Below, one piece after another: positions 56,641 through 64,000 of a stretch of DNA of 64,000 bases. The notes below the pieces were generated by a model. The model did not search any database, was not told where the DNA came from, and was given only the letters and a program-made list of their open reading frames with translations. The translations under genes were made by a program, and so were the position numbers. The stretch's first letter is position 1; every line of letters begins with the position of its first letter. The stretch is from Thermoplasmata archaeon (GTDB lineage Archaea > Thermoplasmatota > Thermoplasmata > Thermoplasmatales > ARK-15): positions 2,874 to 66,873 of the forward strand of contig JBMFWH010000001.1 in assembly GCA_049965455.1 (NCBI GenBank). Reading direction: 5' to 3'.

Positions 56641-57420
56641 TTTTACTTTTTTATATATTTCCACTATTTTTTTAGCCTGTTCTTCCACAGTGCCCTCTAT
56701 ATACTCTTTTTTTCGGGCTGGAGGCACGGTCTCTGTAAGCTTTGCAACGGTTGTATAAGAGCCGTTCAGCCCCGTCTCATCATCTTTCAGGCCCAGGTCC
56801 TTGGCGGTCCATACAGTCACCTTGAAATCTTTGTCAGCCCATCTTTTTCTTTTAAAGTCCGGGAAACGGGGCTGATTCACGCCCAGCTCTATGCTCAGTA
56901 GCGCTGGAAGCGTGGATTCTAATATCTCATGCCCCCCTTTTATTGTGCGTTTTGCCCTAACGTACGTATCGGATACGTCAAGGCTTGACACAAATGTGAT
57001 CTGCGGAATATCCAAAAATTCAGCCATCTGTGCTGGAACCTGAGAAGTACCGCCATCAGAAGACTCTTCGCCGCATAGCACGAGGTCATATGTGCCAATA
57101 TTCTTAATGGCATGTGCCAGTACCAGTGCTGTCGCATAAGAGTCTGCGCCGGCAAAAGCACGATCAGAGAGCAATACGGCATCATCTGCACCCATCGCAA
57201 TGCTCAGCTTTAAGTGTGTTTCGAAAAATGGTGGGCCCATAGATATGATAGTCACTTTCCCGCCCATCTTAGCACGAACTTGCAATGCGTATTCTAGCGC
57301 ATTTTTGTCAGCCTCGTTGATCTGGTTTTCTGCATGAGCTCTGTTGATGGTTTTCGTAACAGGATCAAAAGATATGTCTTCTGTTTTTGGCACTATTTTC
57401 ATTGCTACTATAATATTCAT
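56623..57420 (-). CDS. etfB: electron transfer flavoprotein, beta subunit
   Basis: 265 aa. N-terminus IVAMKIVPK and the LCGEESSDGGTSQVPAQMAE motif. Confidence 0.9.
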   Translation of the reverse strand: MNIIVAMKIVPKTEDISFDPVTKTINRAHAENQINEADKNALEYALQVRAKMGGKVTIISMGPPFFETHLKLSIAMGADDAVLLSDRAFAGADSYATALVLAHAIKNIGTYDLVLCGEESSDGGTSQVPAQMAEFLDIPQITFVSSLDVSDTYVRAKRTIKGGHEILESTLPALLSIELGVNQPRFPDFKRKRWADKDFKVTVWTAKDLGLKDDETGLNGSYTTVAKLTETVPPARKKEYIEGTVEEQAKKIVEIYKKVKLHEYV

Positions 57421-58388
57421 TGTCCGTTCATCTCCTTAATCAGTGCTGGCAGCAATTTCATTGCGTCAGCAACCACGCAGTAATCTGCATAATTGAAAAT
57501 ATTAGAGTTTCGGTCATTGTCAACCGCGATCACGATCTTGCAGTTTGCAATTCCGGACACAAAATGCTCAGCGCCGCTTACTCCCAGCACCAGCGCGAGC
57601 CTAGCTTTCAATGATATGCCCGTAGAGCCAATCTGTATGTCTCTCGGAGCAAGTCCTCTATCTGCCAGAGGCCTTGTAACACCTATTTCAGTTTTCGCAG
57701 CCTTTGCAAATGCGGTTGCAAGAGCCATGTTAGAAGCCACACCATTTCCAGCAACAGTGACAAACTCGGATCTTGAGATGTCTACAAACTCTTTTTTAAC
57801 TTGTTCGATCACTCTTACCCTGCTCACAAAATTAGTGAGGTCTGGCTCGATAACTTCAATCTTTCCAGACCTGGTCTCGTCCATGCTCTTCTCAAATATT
57901 CCAGGTCTCACAGTAGACATCTGCGGCCTGTTCTTTGTGCATACAATCTCTGCTATGACTTTACTGCCATAGCCGGGCACTCCTGCATACAGCGTCAAGT
58001 TCTCGTCAATGTCTAGGGATATGGCGTTGGCAGTCAACCCTGTTTTCAATCTTGCCGCAATACGCGCTGCAAGGTCCCTGCCATTATATGTGCCACCGAG
58101 CAAGAATATGTTCGGTTCTCGTATCCTGACCAGATCTGTTATGCACTTTGTGTAATAGTCAGTACTGTATTTTTCAAATGCCGGGCTTTTTAAAAATATG
58201 ACTTCATCCGCACCGTACTTTATCGCAATTTCTCCAAGATTGCCAGGATCAGTACCCAGAATCAGTCCCACTACTTTCTCATTCACTTTTTTTGCGAGTG
58301 TTTTGGCTCTTGAAAGAATTTCCAATGACACATCCTCAAACTCTTTATTTTCATGCTCCAGATAAACCCAGATACCTCTCGAGTTCAT
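57417..58388 (-). CDS. etfA: electron transfer flavoprotein, alpha subunit
   Basis: 323 aa. C-terminal FAD motif LVLGVSGAEHFVSGI...IVAVDNDRNSNIFNYADY. Confidence 0.9.
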   Translation of the reverse strand: MNSRGIWVYLEHENKEFEDVSLEILSRAKTLAKKVNEKVVGLILGTDPGNLGEIAIKYGADEVIFLKSPAFEKYSTDYYTKCITDLVRIREPNIFLLGGTYNGRDLAARIAARLKTGLTANAISLDIDENLTLYAGVPGYGSKVIAEIVCTKNRPQMSTVRPGIFEKSMDETRSGKIEVIEPDLTNFVSRVRVIEQVKKEFVDISRSEFVTVAGNGVASNMALATAFAKAAKTEIGVTRPLADRGLAPRDIQIGSTGISLKARLALVLGVSGAEHFVSGIANCKIVIAVDNDRNSNIFNYADYCVVADAMKLLPALIKEMNGQ

Positions 58389-59515
58389 AATATCACATCT
58401 CTCAATATCTCTGCCAGATCCTTCACCTCTATGCCCAAGGACCGGGTCTTTGAACTGTCATGCAGGTTCATGTTGCAGTATGGGCATGCAGTGACCAGAA
58501 TCTCAGCGCCAGTCTGCTTTGCCTCGTCAGTCCTGACGTCAGCAAGCCTCTTTCCATGAAACTCCAAAAACATCCTGTTTCCGCCACCGCCACAGCAAAT
58601 GCTCTCTTCTTTCGCGTTTTTCATCTCTTTCAGTTCTAATCCATGAATATTCTGCAGCATCTCTCTAGGCCCATCGTTAAAATGGTCGGTTCTGCTCAGT
58701 ATGCAGGGGTCATGATACGTGACTTTCAGATCCTTCGAATTTTTAAAGTCGATCACTCCCTCCATGTAAAGCTGGTAAAAATACTCTGCATAATGCATCA
58801 CTTTCACGTCAAGCCCAAACTTTGTGTACACTTCCTTGAACGTGTTGGAACAGTGTGGAGAAACGGTAACAATCACTTTTGCATTCGTGTTTTTAAAATC
58901 GTTGATGTTCTTTGTTGCTAGCTCTTCCATATAGTCCCATTCTCCCGCGTTTCTTAGAGGCTCGCCACAACAAAGCTCTTCATTGCCCAGTATTCCAAAA
59001 TCTATGTTTTTGGCTTTTAGAATCTCTGCAATAGCTTTGGTCACACTGTGTATTCTTTTGTCATACGCTGCTTCGCAGCCCACATATAAAAGAACATCCA
59101 CACCTTTCTTCGCATCCTTAATCTGCATGCCTTCTGCCCATTTTGCCCTCTCTGATTTCTTTCCGCCCCAAGGATTGCCGTTTTCATAAATGTCCCACAC
59201 CACCTTCTCTATCTTTTCAGGTACTTTATGCTCTTCAAACGCCAGCTTTCTGAGCCCTAACAGCACATTCACAATTTTTACGTCTCTCGGGCATGTGGTT
59301 TCACAGAGCTTGCAAGTGGCACAGCTCCATAAGTTGTCAGTGTAGTCAATGCCGATCTGCGCAGAACGAACCAGTTTCCGGACGTTCAGCAGATCATCAG
59401 ATACTGCCCCGATCGGGCATCTGGCAGTGCATACTCCACACTGATAGCATATGTTTCCAACGTTTTCTGTAAGCTCATTTACATGCTCCCAGCGGCTATC
59501 ATCTATATTAATCAT
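58385..59515 (-). CDS. HdrD-like iron-sulfur oxidoreductase (2x[4Fe-4S] plus two CCG domains), apparently soluble
   Basis: CYQCGVCTARCP and CATCKLCETTCP. CCG modules VGCEAAY...ELCCGEP...SPHC and HDPC...ICCGGGG...ACPYC. No hydrophobic helices. Confidence 0.85.
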   Translation of the reverse strand: MINIDDSRWEHVNELTENVGNICYQCGVCTARCPIGAVSDDLLNVRKLVRSAQIGIDYTDNLWSCATCKLCETTCPRDVKIVNVLLGLRKLAFEEHKVPEKIEKVVWDIYENGNPWGGKKSERAKWAEGMQIKDAKKGVDVLLYVGCEAAYDKRIHSVTKAIAEILKAKNIDFGILGNEELCCGEPLRNAGEWDYMEELATKNINDFKNTNAKVIVTVSPHCSNTFKEVYTKFGLDVKVMHYAEYFYQLYMEGVIDFKNSKDLKVTYHDPCILSRTDHFNDGPREMLQNIHGLELKEMKNAKEESICCGGGGNRMFLEFHGKRLADVRTDEAKQTGAEILVTACPYCNMNLHDSSKTRSLGIEVKDLAEILRDVIL

Positions 59516-62500
59516 GATTTCACCCCCTTCAGCTTTGCTGGTGTTTCATGAATTTCGTCTTTAGAAAGCTCTTTTATAAGCTTGTCCATCTCCCTAATCT
59601 TGTACGCAAACCTGTTTCCCTCAGCAGCACTGACCCACCAAAGCTGCAGCCGGTCTGGATTAATGTTTCTGTTCTGCAAAAACTTGCGCCATCGTTCAAC
59701 CCTCTTCTCTGTATCCACGTTCGCATTGATGTAATGGCAATCATTGATGTGGCATCCTGTAACCAACACTGCAGCCACACCACGCTCAAAAGCGCGCATT
59801 ACTAGCTTTTGTGAAATCCTGCTTGAACACATGGTTCTTATCACTCTCGCGCTGGAAGGATACTGGATCTTTGAGATTCCAGCCTGGTCTGCGCCTGCAT
59901 ATGAACACCAGTTACATGCAAACACTACCAGTTTCTCGTCCGCATTAGTCTCCGTTGCAGCATCCACCTGCGTCAGAATCTCGGCATCCGTGAAGTTGGG
60001 CATGGATATCGCGTTTGTTGGGCATTCTGCTATACAGTCTCCACAGCCCATACACATTGCCGGCACAATCTCTACATGCTTTTTCAACTCTCCCTTGATC
60101 GCCCCGTACGGGCAGACAGTAGTGCATTTCATGCATTTTATGCACTTGTCCTGATCAATGTACGCAATAAGCGGCTCTTTCGTGATCTTATCCTTGAATA
60201 GTATCTTTGAGGCTTTGGCTGCAGTTGCCAGACCTTGCATCATTGACTCTTTTGCATCTTTTGGCCCCTGCGCAGTGCCTGCCAGGAACACACCAGAAAC
60301 CGCAGCTTCTACAGGCCCCAGTTTAGGGTGCAGTTCTAACAGAAATCCTTCTTGATCCTTCGATAGTTTTAGCTGATTTATTATTTCGTTATCTTTCGGC
60401 ACCAATCCTATATTCAGGACCAGCAGATCAGTAGGTATGTTGAGAGTTTCGCCAGTAAGCTCATCAGGTATCGTCACCGCACCATTTTCAAACTTTACTA
60501 CCTCTTCCGGTACCTTCTCCTGGTCATATTGGAAAAACTGCACTCCCTCATCGCTCGCTTTTTTGTACAGTTCTTCCGCAAACCTTGCATATGCCCTAAT
60601 ATCTTTGTAAAGAACCCTCACTTTTTTGCCCTTCTCTCGCAATCTGATAGCCTGATTAAGCATTGTGGAACAGCAAAATCGAGAACAGCCACGATCCTTG
60701 GTCCTGGACCCTACGCATGATACAATCGTGATTTTATCCTCCTTTATGTCATTTATCCTCTTCTCCAGTTCCATAGAGGTCATGATGTTTCCAGGGCTGA
60801 ACTCTTTCGGTTCGTAAGGATCCGCACCAGTAGCCATCACTATAGCTCCACTGCTTATGTTCCCCCCATCTGATAACTGGATATTGAAATTGCCAACAAA
60901 CCCGGTCACCGTTTTAACGGTGGTCGATAAATGTATCTTTGCACCAGACTGCTCAAGCTCTTTTATTTTCATGTCCAAAAGCTCTTTTGCATCCTGTCCC
61001 ATCGGCGCAAGATCACTTAGGTTATTTAACAACCCACCTAACTTATCCTCTTTCTCAATTAAATGTGTGCTAATTCCCATCTTTTCCAGTGCTGTCGCAG
61101 CAGTTATGCCCGCGATGCCACCACCCACAACTACCGCAGTATGAGTGACAGGAATTTCCATCTCTTCCAGAGGTTCTAAATAGCGAGCCTTTGCTACAGC
61201 CATATCCACCATATCAAACGCTTTTGCAGTCGCTGCCTCTTTCTCGTTTTTATGAACCCAAGAATCCATGTTCCTCACATTTGCCATTTCGAACAGATAT
61301 GGATTTAAGCCGGCCCTGGCGCAAACTCTCTGAAATGTTATGCCATGCGTCTTTGGAGAGCATGCACCAACCACCACCCTGTTCAGGTTGTGTTCTCTGA
61401 TCTTTGAAACCATGCTGTCCTGTGTGCTGCCAGCACAAGTATACTTATTCTCTTCCACGTAAACCACATCTTTTATACCTTTAACCCGTTCTTTCACGCT
61501 TTTAACATCCACCACGCCCGCAATGTTAGACCCACAATCACACAAAAATACGCCTACACGAGGCTCTGGTGTGAGCTCTAAAGGCTCTGCAACAGGCATC
61601 TTGATCCATATCTTTTCATCTATGTACTGCAAAGATTCTGCTGCAGCAGCAGAAGCTTCCGTCACGCTGTCTGGTATGTCTTTTGGCCCAGACGCGCAGC
61701 CAGCTATAAATATGCCCTCTCTAGTACTTTTTACCGGGCTAGAGGCAGCGATCTTGAAAAAGCCGTCTTTGTCAAGCTCTATCCCCAGCACTGTAGAAAG
61801 CTCTTTCGTGCCCTTGCTGGGTATTGCAGCTGTGGCCAATACAACCATGTCATAACTCTCTTCGACCACTTTCTCGTTTTCAAAGCTTTCATAACGAACC
61901 TTGATATGCTCTCCCTCTCTCCTGATATTAGAGGGCCTCGAGCGTATGTATCTTACCCCACTCTCTTTCGAGCGATTGTAAAACTCGTCAAAGCCCTTGC
62001 CATAGGCTCTGATGTCCATGTACAGAAGCGTGATGTTTTTTATGCCATGATCCTTGGCCTGTATGGACTCTTTTACAGAATACATACAGCAAAACCGAGA
62101 ACAGTATGGCACGTACCTCTGGTCCCGCGAGCCTGCACATAACACAAACAATACGTTTTCAGGCTCTTTGTGCGTGCTTGGAACTATTACTTCGCCATCG
62201 CTGGGTCCGGCAGCATTGATCAATCTCTCAAATTCCATAGACGTCAAAATATCTGGATCAGTACCGTACCCAAACTCTTTCAGCAGGCTGGCATTGAACA
62301 ACTCAAATCCTGTGGCAACAATGATTGCGCCTACATTTTCAGTGATATGCTTTGGCCGCATGTTAAAATCTATGGCGTTTGGACCACATGCATTCATGCA
62401 CCTGTTGCATGGCAGGTAGTTTGGCGGCTCGTTAAGGCAGCTGTCTATGTCTATCACATACATTCCTGGCTCTGCCTGACTGTAAGGAGTATAAATCGCT

Positions 62501-62889
62501 TTTCTGACACCTACTCCATAATCAAACTCGTTTTTGCGTAGCTGCGGGCACGCCTGAGTGCATAGATCACAGGTTGTGCATGCACTGGTAACGAATCTAG
62601 GTTTTTGATATATCGACACAGTAAAGTTACCCTCCTTTCCCTCCACTTTTTCTACCTCAGAAAGAGTTAGCACGGTGATATTGGGATTATGTGTTACATC
62701 GCTCATCTTTGGAGCCTCTATGCATATTGAGCAATCCAGCGTGGGAAAGTTTTTGTCCAGCCCCGCCATCTTCCCACCTATTGCAGCGCTGCGCTCTACC
62801 AGTATTACCTTTGATCCGGCTTCTGCAAGATCCAGAGAAGCCTGTATGCCCGCAATCCCGCCACCAATAATAAGTACAGAATCACTCAT
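59512..62889 (-). CDS. hdrA: tandem HdrA-like flavoprotein fused to ferredoxin and MvhD domains
   Basis: 1125 aa from the ATG at 62889. Two FAD modules (IIGGGIAGIQASLDLAEAG and VVGGGIAGITAATALEKMG), an FLCDCGSNIAG Cys module, CIKCMKCTTVCP and CMGCGDCIAECP, and a C-terminal MvhD signature FACNWCSYAGADQAG...GCHINDCHY. Confidence 0.85.
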   Translation of the reverse strand: MSDSVLIIGGGIAGIQASLDLAEAGSKVILVERSAAIGGKMAGLDKNFPTLDCSICIEAPKMSDVTHNPNITVLTLSEVEKVEGKEGNFTVSIYQKPRFVTSACTTCDLCTQACPQLRKNEFDYGVGVRKAIYTPYSQAEPGMYVIDIDSCLNEPPNYLPCNRCMNACGPNAIDFNMRPKHITENVGAIIVATGFELFNASLLKEFGYGTDPDILTSMEFERLINAAGPSDGEVIVPSTHKEPENVLFVLCAGSRDQRYVPYCSRFCCMYSVKESIQAKDHGIKNITLLYMDIRAYGKGFDEFYNRSKESGVRYIRSRPSNIRREGEHIKVRYESFENEKVVEESYDMVVLATAAIPSKGTKELSTVLGIELDKDGFFKIAASSPVKSTREGIFIAGCASGPKDIPDSVTEASAAAAESLQYIDEKIWIKMPVAEPLELTPEPRVGVFLCDCGSNIAGVVDVKSVKERVKGIKDVVYVEENKYTCAGSTQDSMVSKIREHNLNRVVVGACSPKTHGITFQRVCARAGLNPYLFEMANVRNMDSWVHKNEKEAATAKAFDMVDMAVAKARYLEPLEEMEIPVTHTAVVVGGGIAGITAATALEKMGISTHLIEKEDKLGGLLNNLSDLAPMGQDAKELLDMKIKELEQSGAKIHLSTTVKTVTGFVGNFNIQLSDGGNISSGAIVMATGADPYEPKEFSPGNIMTSMELEKRINDIKEDKITIVSCVGSRTKDRGCSRFCCSTMLNQAIRLREKGKKVRVLYKDIRAYARFAEELYKKASDEGVQFFQYDQEKVPEEVVKFENGAVTIPDELTGETLNIPTDLLVLNIGLVPKDNEIINQLKLSKDQEGFLLELHPKLGPVEAAVSGVFLAGTAQGPKDAKESMMQGLATAAKASKILFKDKITKEPLIAYIDQDKCIKCMKCTTVCPYGAIKGELKKHVEIVPAMCMGCGDCIAECPTNAISMPNFTDAEILTQVDAATETNADEKLVVFACNWCSYAGADQAGISKIQYPSSARVIRTMCSSRISQKLVMRAFERGVAAVLVTGCHINDCHYINANVDTEKRVERWRKFLQNRNINPDRLQLWWVSAAEGNRFAYKIREMDKLIKELSKDEIHETPAKLKGVKS

Positions 62890-63400
62890 GTTTAATCCCC
62901 TCCTTATATCCTCTCTCAAACGCTTCAATGTTCACCTGCTCATATTTTGGAAACCTGCGCCTTATTGCAGATGTGGCAGAATCCTTGGAAATAACCTGCG
63001 AAGCGCCTGCAAAAGCTCCTAACATCACAATATTAGTAACTCTGCTGTTCTTCAATGATTCTGCAATCTCTTTTGCAGGAACTGCTATCGCGTTTGAACC
63101 TTCATAGTCTACAATGCTGCTCTCCAGTATTATTATTCCGTCCTGTTTCAAGTTTTGAATGTTTGTGTCTAACCCTTCCTGTGTTAAAGTGATTAAAAAG
63201 TCTAGCCCAGTTACCATCGGATAGTCTATATGTTCATCCGAGATAATCAGGTCTGCGCGGGACCAACCTCCGGTTACATAAGGGCTGTACTCTTCAGTCA
63301 TGATCACGCTTTTTTTATCTTCAATCGCTGCCTCTCCTATTAGATGCCCTATCGTAATGATCCCCTGCCCCCCGGATCCATATACTCTCAACTCTTTCAC
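62882..63400 (-). CDS. 2-oxoacid:ferredoxin oxidoreductase, gamma subunit
   Basis: 172 aa with a GTG start. YGSGGQGIITIGHLIGEAA motif. The stop overlaps the hdrA-like start by 8 nt. Confidence 0.85.
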   Translation of the reverse strand: MKELRVYGSGGQGIITIGHLIGEAAIEDKKSVIMTEEYSPYVTGGWSRADLIISDEHIDYPMVTGLDFLITLTQEGLDTNIQNLKQDGIIILESSIVDYEGSNAIAVPAKEIAESLKNSRVTNIVMLGAFAGASQVISKDSATSAIRRRFPKYEQVNIEAFERGYKEGIKHE

Positions 63401-64000
63401 TATTTTTCACCTCTTGCGATCTTAATCAACCTCTGCTCTGATTCTAAATATGATTCTCTCTGCTTGTTAACAAAATCCCCCACCACGATAGGCTTTTTTG
63501 AAGATATGTCAATGCCTATCTCTTCCAATTTTGCGTTATTGTCCACGACCGAATAGTTTCTGTAATGGTCCATCTCTGCCAGACCATCTGAAAAACTGTT
63601 GTACTTCCCAAAATTTGGAGGACATGGTGACAGAATTTCAATGAATGCAAACCCTTTCACTTTCATAGCATTCTGGATCGAATTGACAAGCTGCCTGACA
63701 TGCAGGGTGGTCCATCTAGCAACATAAGACGCACCCAACGCAGTCATCATGTACGGTAAATTGAAACTTTGTTCTGCATTTCCGAATGGTGTGGAAGAGG
63801 TTCTTGCACCTGTGGGCGTGGTAGAACCATGCTGCCCACCAGTCATGCCATAGTTGAAATTGTTCACGCAGATCACTAATAGGTCCATGTTCCTGCGTGC
63901 AGCATGGATTATGTGGTTTCCTCCTATATTGAACAGGTCTCCATCACCACTTATTATCGCGACTTTCAGGGCTGGATTTGCAATCTTCATGCCCGTGGCA
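63400..64000 (-). CDS. 2-oxoacid:ferredoxin oxidoreductase, beta (TPP) subunit (5' end off-window)
   Basis: The frame is open to the window edge. TPP motif ISGDGDLFNIGGNH. The stop shares 1 nt (TAGTG) with the gamma start. Confidence 0.85.
   Translation of the reverse strand, partial: ATGMKIANPALKVAIISGDGDLFNIGGNHIIHAARRNMDLLVICVNNFNYGMTGGQHGSTTPTGARTSSTPFGNAEQSFNLPYMMTALGASYVARWTTLHVRQLVNSIQNAMKVKGFAFIEILSPCPPNFGKYNSFSDGLAEMDHYRNYSVVDNNAKLEEIGIDISSKKPIVVGDFVNKQRESYLESEQRLIKIARGEK

Overview
This is a dense, AT-rich archaeal chromosomal segment with about 62 protein genes and no rRNA, tRNA or CRISPR array that I could find. An M1 aminopeptidase of the tricorn-interacting-factor type, a class II LysRS, a two-subunit OFOR and the L7Ae-S28e-L24e-NDK and S13-S4-S11-RpoD blocks suggest a Thermoplasmata-like anaerobic or microaerotolerant heterotroph; that is inference only.

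**Gene content, in order:**
- tgt (5' end off-window).
- An eight-gene gap-free cobamide salvage and assembly operon that also carries two transporters and a small wHTH protein.
- Archaeal cobT and nnr.
- An AT-rich island encoding a pilin-like secreted protein, a membrane glycoprotein-like protein and an ABC-2 exporter.
- An M1 aminopeptidase and a UPF0173 hydrolase.
- An ECF transporter whose duplicated ATPase is fused to a phosphoribosyltransferase domain.
- nfo, a flavodiiron protein, a DUF488-MUG cassette, a disulfide oxidoreductase, Hsp20 and an ABC1 kinase.
- MptD-like, THEP1 and Trm1 genes, a membrane-inserted Cas4-family nuclease, and the ribosomal/RNAP genes with lysS.
- cbiZ, nrdDG, mtnA-like and class II RNR genes, AOR and an aminotransferase.
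- Rubrerythrin, Bcp and rubredoxin, and two OFORs.
- A tightly coupled OFOR-HdrA/MvhD-HdrD-like-EtfAB operon.

**Best leads:**
1. The OFOR-Hdr-Etf operon, a candidate electron-bifurcating module.
2. The EcfA-EcfA'-PRTase fusion.
3. A Cas4-family nuclease interrupted by four transmembrane helices.
4. A 155-bp MITE in two copies, each with its own perfect 8-bp target-site duplication.
5. A 1.27-kb DUF488-MUG cassette flanked by a duplicated flavodiiron-gene 3' end whose differences are mostly synonymous.
6. A second ~170-bp intergenic repeat pair bracketing 10.4 kb.

All calls rest on reading motifs by eye. No database search was run.
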